Below the pieces are notes generated by a model, which saw nothing but the letters and a program-made list of their open reading frames with translations, made no database searches and had not been told where the DNA came from. A stretch of 64,000 nt of DNA, taken from the NCBI GenBank assembly GCA_043228905.1, contig JBHGNT010000010.1, positions 17,670,001 through 17,734,000 of the forward strand, in the 5' to 3' direction. Positions 11,944-24,100 of the stretch are shown here, in pieces. This DNA is from Azolla caroliniana. Taxonomy: Eukaryota; Plantae; Polypodiophyta. The translations under genes and the position numbers were made by a program. The stretch's first letter is position 1. The number at the start of each line of letters is the position of its first letter.

Positions 11944-13522
11944 GTAACCAAGGCAAAGGAATGGAGTATTAAAGAGAGCTACAATGATCCTGTAGGAATG
12001 TAAGCCATCTTTTTCCAAAATCATATCAATAAATGATTAATATATAAGAGAATATTAGGTTAATCTATTATATGCTGAAATCATGAAGTGCTGTATAATT
12101 CTAATGATCCTTCAATGTGCAGTGCGTTTGAGCTCCTGAAGATAGGCAGACATGGAATAATTAACAATGTTGAGGTAACATCCTTTGCATAAGTTAGCAA
12201 AAAAGCATAGAATCTATTTACAAATGGTAATGTCAACGAATTTGTTTGTATATTTGTGAAATCTAATTGAGAGATATTTCAAGAAAAGAGAATCAATGAC
12301 AAGCAAGTTCAATGTCACCTTGTTGTCACCTTATTGCAAGGATAGTTGCATATTTGTAGGCAAAAATATGCTTGTGTAGATATTTAAATGTTTAAAGAAG
12401 ATAGGTTATTGAAGGCTGAGACCTCGCCTGATGTCTCATATTATCCCATAAGTAATGATAACAATGTGATTTTGAACAAATTGTGCATAAATAGCCGTGA
12501 CTCCATGAAAAGGAACCTAAATGTTTTGAAGGAATTTTGTATGGTACAAATCTAATACATCTATAAAAATTTATACAAGAAAACAGATAGTCTGCTAATA
12601 ATGATGACAAAAAGTTGTAAAAAAACAAACTGGTAGGAAGATGGATGGAAATCTCCGAAAACTGTAGTACAAAATCAAACGGCACAAGCTTAACCTTGTA
12701 TATCTGTGCAAATACAGAGGAAATATGGATGGAAATCTCCAAAAAAAATGGAGTAAATTTGAATGCCACAACTCTAATCCTGTATGTCTGTGCATATATT
12801 GATACAGGAAGCTGATAGGGACAAGGCAGATTCAACAGAGGCATGCCCATATTGTGAAGGAACACAGGAAGGAGCCACGCATGAAGTAATTTTCTTGCTA
12901 GCACTATGACCAAGTTTATTCTTTCAACATGTATGTTTGTCTGTGTGTATGTGTATATGTGTGAGTGTGTATGAGAGAGAGAAAGCATGACTGCAAATAC
13001 GGGTGAATTCCTGTTATCCATACTTGCACAGAAATAATCTTGATGCATGATCATGATCATGATCTTAATCTTAATCTAATTGCATGCATATGGTGGAATG
13101 CTTTTGGAGATGGTTTACAAGAATGAAGTGTAAAAGCAATATGTATGGGTTGAGTATCGTATTTGAGGTTGGTTGGTGCAATGGGGTGAGGCTATAAGAA
13201 GTTCAACAAGTGCATTTGGGTGTGCTAGTGAGGGTTGGGGAGAGAGAGAGAGAGACTACGTAATTGAGAAGCTAGAAATTTCATGAAATATATGTTGCAG
13301 GGAGATGCCTCACTAGACAGCACAAGGTATGAACCTCCAGAAGAAGACCAAGATGAAGCAGAGGAAGAGGAGGATATGGCAATCATAGCCAGCAAGGCTG
13401 AGTACAAGGCCAAGATTGAGAAAACCTCCACAGTTGAAGGACATGTAGCCAAGGGAGGTTGCAAGAGGAGATCAGATAACATAAGCTTCTTCTACAAAGC
13501 AACTCATCGTTATGTCCCATGA
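11944..13522 (+). CDS. Three phase-compatible putative exons of unknown function (possibly an alternative DYAD 3' end)
   Basis: 11944-11999, 12123-12174 and 13301-13522 have AG/GT boundaries and splice in frame to VTKAKEWSIKESYNDPVGIAFELLKIGRHGIINNVE-GDASLDSTRYEPPEEDQDEAEEEED...YVP*. Confidence 0.4.
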
Positions 13523-15189
13523 GGAGAGAAGGAAAAGGCAAATGGCATCACGACTATAAGCTCTCAGGCCACAAAACTAGTCCTGTGGAGAAAGAGGTAA
13601 TTTCTCATGGGTAGCAGCAATATATCAACCAGTTTTGTGGAATCAGACAATTAGTAGAACCTGGTTAGCTTGGACATGGAATTATTGAACTTGAACTTGA
13701 ATATGACTTTTAAGAGATCTGATCATCAGCTTCGGCGATCAGGGGGTGGATTCAAGCAGTGCACACTTCCTCGGATCAAGAGACTTGTAGATATTCAAGT
13801 TGGGAAAGAAGATGAAGAGTCCTTAATCTCTTTCTAAGCATCCAAACTGCAAAGTAGCGTATGGGTCAGTTTTACCTACCTTTGCTATATGAGAAGGCTC
13901 CTTTTTGCAGTAGGTTTACCTGCTCTTCTGCCTTGAGGAATGAATCAGCCATTAATCACCACCACACAGATGCTTCTTCATGGCTTGTGGTTGGAACAAG
14001 TTTTGAAGACACAGTCTTTTACTTTGAGAATCATTTGGCACCGGAATTTGAATCTCATTTCATAGTAACCAAATTTGTAGGTTTTGCATTTAATTTGTAA
14101 ACTGTTGGGCCACCAGAGAGACTCCCATCGATGCATTGCCAAATCCTACTTTGAGAATCATCCTACAGTCCTGGTCCTAATAGGAAATGACATCTTGCTT
14201 TGAATCATTTTTCACTAAATTTGAAGTACATTTGAAATGCATTCCCTCACCCCTTGGTTTGAATTTTTTTGCATCAATGAGATAATTCTGCTCCATTTCA
14301 TTAAATTGACCGCTCACGCATCAATTCATCATACTTGGGAATCATTATTAAAGAAATACCACTCCATTTCATTCACTCCTCTTTGTTGAGTCCATTCATC
14401 CATCTTACTTGTCTCGGATTTTGTAGCTTTCATTATTACATGGGCATGCGTAAAATGCTTTGTGCATCTTAATAACGTCACATGGCAGTGGCTACTTTAC
14501 GGGCAATGACATCCATTCAACTACTATTTGCAAAGGCTTTGGTAACATAGGTTTCCACTATTTGCAATGCTATTACTATTGACATAGGTTTGATATTTGG
14601 TAATCTGATTGACAGTCCCAACCTTACATCTACAATTCTATTCACAAAAAGTAATGCAACAAACTAAAGCATTCATAGCATGGTTTGCATAGTTTATAAT
14701 GCTCTTAAAGCAACTCGTCCTGATACCCGAGTTTGGACTAAAATCATTTCACTAGACTTCCAAAAGCATTACAATCCATAAGCTTAAAAAGGAACAAATT
14801 TTGATTACACCAGAAAGAGCTGGATGCAATTAAAAAAGATCTGAAACGGATCAACGAGGTAACATGAACACTTCATTCATAAAACAGAAATGAAAAACAA
14901 ATCGATCAATGATAAACATAAGACTCATAAAACATTTGATTGGTAATCCTAAACATAAATTATTAATGAACCAGAAATATAACACGGTTGATCAATAATT
15001 AAAAAATTAGAAACACTTTAACCCAATAAGCCTATGTCCAGAGTGCCTGTGATTTTCATGATTTTCATAACCACGACAAGTTAAGATCAGTAAAAGGATA
15101 CTTATTAAAACGAAACTTTCATTTCATTACAAAACAAGCAAGCCAAAGTTTGACATGATATTGGTGGGATATGATTAGGAACATGCAGT

Positions 15190-15876
15190 TCAAGAACTAG
15201 AGATGATTTCCTTGAGATGTTGAATTTCTGTTGCATTGACGCCAAATGAGCGAGCCAGGATGGCATCATCGATGGCGGGGTTTGAGGCAAAGAGAGCTTT
15301 CGGGATGCGAGAAGTTCCCGGGTTCTGGCTACTAAAGGACACAATGGCGACAGCACAAGTCTCCCCTATGTTCATCTGAAAATGAATCAAGCCTTGTGGG
15401 AAGATGAACAAATCTCCAGCATAAAGAGTGGCCGAGAATAGCTTCTCATCGGAGCTAACGAACCCGACAAAGAGGGTTCCTTCGGAGACATAGATGAGTT
15501 CGGAGGCGCGGGGGTGGACGTGTGGCGTGTTCACCCCACCAGGTGCGAAATCGGATCGGGCGGCCGAGAGGCCCAATGTGTTGAGGCCGGGAAAGTTAGC
15601 GGCATATGCGCGAGTGGTCACGTAGCCAAGGCTAGAGGCCGATGCATTGCCGGGTTGTCTTAGAAGGGTTGAGGAGAAGTCAGATCCGGTTACGTCTGCG
15701 GGGCTCTTGCATACGAAGCCATTCACTCGTATGGTCGAGTTCGTGTCGGCCACGCAAAAGTCTTGTAGTGGAGCCGGATCGCTGGCAGACACAGCCAAGG
15801 CCAGAGTGATGGCAATAGCCAATGTGCACCACAACATTGAGTAAGAGGAAGAGGAGGAGCTTCTACCCATCTCCAT
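15190..15876 (-). CDS. Germin-like protein (cupin), intronless, with signal peptide
   Basis: Hydrophobic signal sequence, then SDPAPLQDFCVAD...VNGFVCK. Germin box 1 GGVNTPHVHPRASE, box 2 GDLFIFPQGLIHFQMN, and C-terminal SFSSQNPG. TATATAA on the minus strand at 15964-15970. Confidence 0.95.
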   Translation of the reverse strand: MEMGRSSSSSSYSMLWCTLAIAITLALAVSASDPAPLQDFCVADTNSTIRVNGFVCKSPADVTGSDFSSTLLRQPGNASASSLGYVTTRAYAANFPGLNTLGLSAARSDFAPGGVNTPHVHPRASELIYVSEGTLFVGFVSSDEKLFSATLYAGDLFIFPQGLIHFQMNIGETCAVAIVSFSSQNPGTSRIPKALFASNPAIDDAILARSFGVNATEIQHLKEIISSS

Positions 15877-17796
15877 TGCTGTGTTTGGTTTTAACTTGGG
15901 CCTGCTTCCCTAACCTTATGAGAGTAAAACAGAGTGTATGCCCCCTCCTATCTCTCTCTATACTTATATATTTGTGTGTGAGGCATTTGCATTAAATAGT
16001 TTTCAACAACCTGCTTGGCACAAAGTCAAACTGTTAGTAGATTGAGGATGAAGGACTTAATAAGCCTAAAGTAGATGAGATGGGGATGAGACCCAACCCC
16101 CCCAAGCTCAAGTCTTGTCACTATAAATGCCGATGTTTCTTCCTTTGTTTCCGCATCACCACCCAAAAATGCCGGCCCTCCTCATATCAATTCCGAATAT
16201 TTGACATTCCTTTTGTATGATCAACTGTTTTCTTAACCCTACATGTCACCACTTGCGGATTTCCACCCATTGTTCGAAGCCTTCCCACTTACTTCTAGCC
16301 TTATATGTCAACTCATCTTGAGATTCAGTTCAAGCGAAAAGAATATATGAACTATATTTGGGGGTTTGTGAAATGATGTGATTTTAATGTGTTAATCGGA
16401 ATAGGACATTGTCAAAGAAGTGTGTTTCGGGGTATCAAAGGTTGGTTGGGTGCACGAGCGTGGCTCCCCTTTCCATCATGGAAAGGAGGCTAATTGTCAA
16501 TTATTTAAAAACATGTCTTGTGTGACAAGTTTAAAAAACAAATTAATACGAGCTTGGAAGTTAAAAAGGTTGTTTAAAAATTATATGGGACGCTTGTGGA
16601 AACTTGGAGCATAAGAAACCAACATGCTAAAACCCTTTGCGCTTGTACTTTACACTGGCGTAAACATAGACATTCGTGAAACTTATATGCAAATAACTAT
16701 TTATATTGTCATACTCAATTTCACCATTGTAGATCTCCACTATAGGTATATTTTTTGTGGTTGAAAATGTCCTTTTTTCAACTTTACACTTGATGAAAGT
16801 ATCTTTCAATGTTTCAAAAAAGGAAACAACAAAATAGGACAAAGGGTTTGTTAAGAGAACATGTGACAAAAGTGAATGAGTAAAAGGTTTCCAAAACGCA
16901 ACGATTTTTCGCTTCCTCGTGAAAAGTATACAAGTTTAGTACTCGAATGTCATATATGACATCTGAGACCAAAAGTGGAACATTTTTACATGGTATCTGC
17001 GGAATTAGGTAAATTGTCTTATTGTTCAATAATTTTAATAATAAACTTGCAATCAATAATGCACATTGTGACTATGAGAGGAATGTGAATATGGATAGAA
17101 CCAAATTGACAATGGATGGAAAGCAAACTCAAATGCGGCTGAATGAAGTGCAAGGTGTGATACTTTGACTTCCAATATTCTTTAGGGCAAAAAATGCTTA
17201 GTTGGCTAGCCTCCTTGCTTGTGGCCCATGGCATATTCAAGAGAATGTGACCTAGTCATACAAAAGCAATGGTGCAGATGACAAACAAAACAAATGGACT
17301 CACTAACATTGTAGCATAAATCTATTTGCCAACATTGTCAACTCATAAGTGAGATGCTTGTGTTGGAAATTTTGTAGAAGGGGCACCTCTACATGATGAT
17401 CAAGGGGTCATTGTGATGAAAGTTGTTTATCTTTCCATGCGATGGTTGAAGTTGGTTGTTGTGAACCCCCTATACTAGATAAAAACAATTGAATTATGGT
17501 TTGAAATGAACCTCGGCGTGATGGTTGATAGTGAGCTCTATGGGATAGTTTATAATGACATGCACACATTGGTTTTGGTTTATTATAACCTTGTCTAAAG
17601 GACAATATCATGTTTTCCAAACCAATCAAGCGTCCACATTTTTTTAAACAAATTGATTCTAACAAAGCATATGATGAAATGAAGTGGGACTTGGTTATAG
17701 GCAACATCACATTCTTGCACATATAGGGTTTAGAGTCTATCTAATTAGTTGGTTGGCTAGGGCAAGTTATCTTCCACATAAAAAATCTAAGTGAAT

Positions 17797-17901
17797 TGTT
17801 AAGAATTAGGTAAGTAATTAACCAAGGATTAATTAGTACCTAATTATGTGATTAGTTGATAAGCGGAATATTATGTGATATGTGTGTGTATGTGTGTGAG
17901 A

Positions 17902-17942
<41 letters not shown>

Positions 17943-18151
17943 CCCAGATGGATGTAGCTCAGTTGGTATGGTTGCCCAATGGAGATCAGGTGGTCATGGG
18001 TTCAACCCCTACATTCCACAGTGGCATCTAGTGAATTATGAGATGTATAAGAAGTATATAATAGAGAGGTGAGGAAGTTGGGTTTCGAACTCACAACACA
18101 GACAATGCTTGTACTGCTAACAACTTACCAGTAGGGTAAGGTAATTACGAT

Positions 18152-18193
<42 letters not shown>

Positions 18194-19600
18194 CACTTAT
18201 GAACAATTCAAGATGGGGGATGAGTAGCTATATGTTAAATTAGCATCAACGTCATCAAATACAAAAATACCCTCAATGAGGTATATATACATCTCATGTC
18301 AAAGGTGCACATGTGTGAGTAGAATATAGGTACTAATGTGTAAGTCCTATATTAAATGTACTAAGGAGTGGAGGATCTAGAATATCCCACTTAAGTACAA
18401 GGTCCTATTTAAGTCGTTATAGTCAACACTTCTAACTAGATTCTATCTAGGTAACTACGAAGTTACATGGTTGACTAACTAACTAAACTAAGTTGAGCTT
18501 GATCTCTCAACACACCCCCTCAAGCTCAACTGTGAGGCGTCCGACATTTGCTTTTGCTTTTGTTGGCTTCGTGTGCTTCCGTATGGCCTTCGACTTTCTT
18601 CGTCGTGGCAATCGTGGCAATCTCGGTTCCTCCCCCTCAAGCCGGTGACGAAGGCTTGTAGTGGGTGGGTGAAGGTCGACTACTTCCACCCATCGTGGGT
18701 TACGAGCCGCTTCGGTGGAGCTCTTGGGCTCTTGTTCTGCCGCTACCTTCATCTCAAAGGCGTAATGATGGCCCATATACTCGTTGTAGCCGAGTCGAGT
18801 GACGATGTTCTTCTTTGTAGAAGAGCGTCGAAGTTTTTCGCTCGCCGATGTGAGCGCCTTCTTTACTCCGGGTGTCCGTATGATAGGTACACTGAACTCA
18901 CTGTCTAGTGAGGGAGCCAATCCATCCGAATCATTGTCGTTAGGGTGGTCGACTTCGTATTCGGGCATCTTACCTTTGCCTTTCTCCAAGTTCGTGCTTG
19001 GGTCACATGGGGGCTCTTGTGGCCCACTAGGCTTTGCCGTAATCGAACTTTCTTCGAAGATATGCTCGAAGCAATCTCCATGTTCTACCTCTTGTTCGGC
19101 GGATTCCGAGTCAAACATAGTATTCGATGAGTCCACATCCTGGTGATATCATGTTAAGAATTAGGTAAGTAATTAAGCAAGGATTAGTTAGTACCTAATT
19201 ATGTGATTAGTTGATAAGCGGAATATTATGTGATATGTGTGTGTATGTGTGTGAGAGGAAGAGAGAGAAAGAGAGAGATACACTTATGAACAATACAAGA
19301 TGGGGGATGAGTAACTATATATTAAATTAGCATCAACATCATCAAATACAAAGATACCCATAATGAGGTATATATATATCTCATGTGCAAAGGTGCACAT
19401 GTGTGAGTAGAATATAGGTACTAATGTGTAAGTCCTATATTAAATGTACTTAAGAGTGGAGGATCTAGAATATCTCACTTAAGTACAAGGTCCTATTTAA
19501 GTCGTTATAGTCAACACTTCTAACTAGATTCTATCTAAGTAACTACGAAGTTACATGGTTGAGTAACTAACTAAACTAAGTTGAGCTTGATCTCTCAACA
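17797..19600 (-). mobile_element. Internally deleted Ty1/Copia LTR retrotransposon (TRIM-like) with two LTRs
   Basis: Direct repeats 17797-18512 and 19152-19600, both TGTT...AACA. 5-bp TSD TGAAT/TGAAC (one mismatch). On the minus strand a PBS remnant TGATATCA follows the 5' LTR and a PPT GAGGGGGTG precedes the 3' LTR. The 639-bp interior encodes Copia-like EPKSSTEAARNPRWVE and a terminal LEGVC, with no RT or integrase core. Confidence 0.9.
17941..18157 (+). mobile_element. tRNA-derived SINE-like insertion in the (GA)n tract of one LTR
   Basis: Present only in the left LTR. A-box TAGCTCAGTTGG at 17955-17966, B-box GGTTCAACCCC at 17999-18009, stem GGATGTAG/CTACATTCC, short A tail at 18152-18157, (GA)n on both sides. 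Confidence 0.7.
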
Positions 19601-21103
19601 TGAACCCTTATAGTTGTGACTAGATTGGACTCAATTAGTCACATGTAATTGCTCTTCCTCTAGTATTATAAGTTTTAGAATGTTTCTCCATCCATGTTAA
19701 TTGCCAACAAACAAGAAATTGCCCCCAAGGGATCAAGAGTTGTCAAGCATATGGAGAAAGTTTAGAATTATCATTTGTAAGTGCATCTAGGATAAAGTGT
19801 TTCTTTACTATAAGAGCTTGATTTGGTTTCCTTCTTTATTTGAAGCAAATGTTGAACAAGGCAGGAGGAGACAAACATCCAAACTCATTTGTATAGGTTT
19901 CCAAACTTGGGGAGACATTTGGAATTGCAATACCACAATCAAGAAACGGTCAAGTGAGGTTTGAGCCAATTGTGCTTGAAGAAATGAAGATGAATAACTA
20001 ATTAGAACTACAATTCAACAACAAGAGGAATATAATCTATCCTTCATCCATGTTAGAGGTCCTTTATCTCTTAAAGCATGTAGCTTGGTACAAGATTGCA
20101 TGTGGTGTATCAAGAGGAGGCTCAACAAAATCCTATCCCTACCTTCTCACATTAAGGGTTATGCTAACGTTAACAAGATATGCACTACTCTAGTTGCTCC
20201 ATTCACTAGTGTAATTATAGTTTTAAGCAAATCCGGACTTCAATATGCACAAAAAAGCAATAGTGCTTGCATACGTAATCGTGCTAAATGGTCTTATCGA
20301 CTGGCCAAAAGGCTGGCAAAGTTGGAAATTCTGGCATATGTTCTAGATGTGGGGCATGGGATGAGGTTCTTTTCCAACGGTCTTATAGACTTGCATTAAA
20401 GGCTGTAACAATTTTATGAGGGGCATATGCATTTCGACGTGTACACATATGCACGTCTTTCAGGTGGAAGAGAATGATTCTAGCAGATACCAATGGTATG
20501 TCTCCCCACATACTTACATTGAATGATATGTATGGGCATTATCTCTCAATAGAGACACTATGGTGGTTATAAACTAAACGAAGATATAAGCTATGGATAT
20601 GGCGATGTTAGGTATTGTGTAGATACCTAAGACTCCTACAGGCGGGAAGTATCGCTCAACCAATTGTAGATACCTAAGACTCGTGCGGGAAGTATCTCTC
20701 TAAACAGAAACTAAAACAATGAAAAGATCCAATGTGTATATACACACACACACACGGAAGTGAAGCATGTAGCTCTCAGCCGACACCACGATCGGATTGT
20801 GTATCTCTCGATCAATTTTGTAATATAAGCAAAGATTAAAAACAAAGAGAAATGCAATCAAAAGAATTTGGGACCTCATCATCATTATTGATAATTTGAT
20901 GAATTTAAGTGAAAGTATATATGTATATATTTTTGAACCTAAAGAAGAAGAAAGAAGAAAGAAGAAAGAAGAAAGAAGAAAGCAGCAGCAACAGGAGGGA
21001 TCCCCTGCTGCTGCTGCTCGTGTCTTCTTCTTCTTCTTCTTCTTCTTCTTCTTCGTTGCTAAGAGGAAGAAATCGGGCAGAAGACCCTCAGAAAGAAGGC
21101 CAC

Positions 21104-24100
21104 ATGGCCCTGCTCAACCAAGCTTTGCTAAGTCATGAATCCAAAGTCCTCACCCTTCCCACTCTTCTCACCCTCACACGTGTCGCAGCAATACCAATCT
21201 TGCTCTGTGGTAAGATCTCCCTTCTTCCCTTCCTCCCTCCCATTTTTTTTTGTTGTCTTTCTTACTTCCCTTCTCTTCATATTTGTTTATATTGATTTGT
21301 TTTCCCTCCCGTTACTTCAAGGTAAGGTTCAAAATTCATGTTTTGTTTTCATGGTAGAACTGTATGATGCATTCATGCATTTCTTTGTGACCATGATTGC
21401 CACACGGATATAATCTCTCCTCATATGCATGCCCTTGATGAACCAAAATAATGTATTCGATATATGATTAGATGTTCAATGTTCGATTTTGGTCTAATAA
21501 TTAGGTCAATTAATGCTCTATGGCCATTTTGCAATCAAGAAAACTATAATAGGAACTCTCGACATAGATGTTCAATGTTCGATTTTGGTCTAATAATTAG
21601 GTTAATTAATGCTCTATGGCCATTTTGCAATCAAGAAACCTATAGTAGGAACTCTCTACATAACCATAACCCGTGTACAATCCCTAGGGTTTTTGGACTT
21701 ATATAATGGTACATCAACATTTTGTTTTCACATTTAATATGTTTAATAAAGGCAGGCTGCCTCATCACCAGTGGTCACTTGCAATCTTGTCGTGGACATT
21801 CTTGATATGCAGTTCCCTAGTGTTTGCAGCTATATAGTGTACGATCCCTGGGGTTTTTGGACTTATATAAAGATCCGACAACATTTTGGGTTCACATTTA
21901 ATATGTCCAATTGATGTGAGAAACTGTCAATCAGCAGTGGTCACTTGCAGTCTGGGCGTGGACATTCTTGACACGCAGTTCCCTAGTGTTTGCAGTTATA
22001 TAAAGGGCTATCTAGTTACAAGTTTTATATGAGGTAATAAGTCAACTAACAGTGAGAGGTAAGCCAATTAGTATTTAGATGGCAGTTTGGACACAAACAT
22101 CATCCAATCAGTGTTCCTAGGGTGCAGAGATATAAAACGATTAGCAACCTTGGGTACATATTTGAGTTAAGTAAAGACTAGTGGTAGAAAAATCAGCAGT
22201 CAGACGCTATAGCCATAGAGGGTTGAGAACTATACATAAAGGGCTAGATACTCTGAATTGTACATTTAAATATGAGATTAGGGGTAAAATAAAGGCTAAA
22301 GATAAGTCACATACTAGGCAGTGGCCTTAGGCATTCCTAAATTTGGGTAGCTATAGTATTGGCACATGCATTGCCCATGCCCAACTTCTAGAGTTTAGAG
22401 TTATGTGAAGTCCAACTACCGTGAACTAGACATTTAATATGTAATTAGGAGTCAAGTAAAGGTGAAAAGTCCATTTTGGACTACTTTATAGCCAATTGTT
22501 GTCCTGCACTTTGGATAGTTATAGTCTGGGCAGACATTGTCAGTGCAGGAGTTACGTAAATGGCCCTTCTGAAGCAAAACATTATATATGCTACTTGATC
22601 ACTTATATAATCAACACCCCTTTCTTTCTCTTTCAGTGGTTGATCAGGGGCATTTGGAGAAATAAAGAAAGACTCAAGGTTTTCCCAAAAACGGAGGTAT
22701 TTATGGATTGTTTGCTAATGTCAATGGGTATATATCTCTCAAGGCAGAAGACATGAGGTGGGGGGGGGATACTGCTATCTGGTTGTACATGTAGAATCTG
22801 TTCAATGAAAACTATAAAGTGTCTTTCCCTGCTACCCATTCTAGTAGATGTTCTATGTACAGAACAAGGTAGTTGTTGTGGATCATGGCCTCATATGCGT
22901 TCATGAAGTCGATGCATATGCATATTTTGCTAGTTTTCTTGGGTACCACCACTATGGGGATGCCCAAGCTGTTAGCTTTATGGAGCATACAATGCCAGCT
23001 TTGACCTTTCTCTCACTCGTCTTTAACTTGCTGTGCATATTGAGGATTCATTGTCCAGAACATTTGTCTGACTGGCCTCGCATCCTGTTGCATAGGGATT
23101 GCACACACATCACCACTTCGGGTGACACTTGATAGCTTCATGTGAAACGTTCATGAATTCTGTGAGGAGCTGATTGGGGAAAGTTCCTCTTTTAGAGTTA
23201 GATAAACTGCGATGACCACTGGCTTAGGGTTTTCTTCATCCCCGAAATTGATCTCTTTCAATCAGGCTGGACTGTCAATGATATCCTATGCCTTCCCTTG
23301 ATAGTATGGAGAATAACTAGGTAGTTTTAACAAAGGATTGTTATCTTTCCAGAAGTTTTGGTAGAATCAAGTTGGTGCTACAAAACTTTTACTGCTCAGA
23401 AAGTCTCTATGAAGTCTGACTGGTTTCTACATTTCGTCAAATGTGATATGATATACTCAATGATCATACATTCCATCAAATCACCAGAATGTAGCATAAA
23501 CCATATGTTAAAAAGCTGGTGTGAGAAAACGCTAATTAAAATTGAGAATTTTCCAAGAGTTCTTGAGATCAATATTCGTGAATCATAAAGTTATATCTCC
23601 ATCAGTAATTAAATCCTGGAAAACAGTAATCTTCTTTATTGCAGATAAATACTTTTCAGAAATCCAGACATGCTGAGTTATTATTCCATGTAGATAAAAA
23701 ATATTTGATGACCAGAGTTTCCTTCCCATCTTCATTTAGTAAAATATTAATCTGGTTTTCAGTGGATGAGCATTCAGGACGTTGCAAGTGCATATATATG
23801 TATTTCTAAAACGGCCTTGCATTCCATTGTCAGTGTTTTACTCAAATGAATGGTGGGCGACAACTGCTGTAGCTTGTATTTTCGTTTTGGCAGCAATCAC
23901 TGATTGGCTTGATGGGTTTTTGGCGAGGAAGGTACTAACATTTTGTCTTTCTAGAATACTGTCGATCATGTTTATGATACCCAAATTTCTGTGTGGGATG
24001 TAGATGGGTTCAAACTCTACTTTTGGAGCATTTCTAGATCCAGTTGCTGACAAGGTAAAATCTAAATTTTATCTAGCATATGCATGGTATTCTTTGACCA

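Noticed and set aside
12392-13060. 222-aa minus-strand ORF
   Set aside because: Low-complexity, non-protein-like text containing an approximately 85-bp duplication and (TG)n; probably intronic.
16900-17720. Possible LINE reverse transcriptase remnant
   Set aside because: Only vague motif resemblance; too decayed to support.
17950-18020. Possible genuine tRNA gene
   Set aside because: The anticodon arm does not pair convincingly and the unit is an insertion in one LTR with an A tail; treated as SINE-like.
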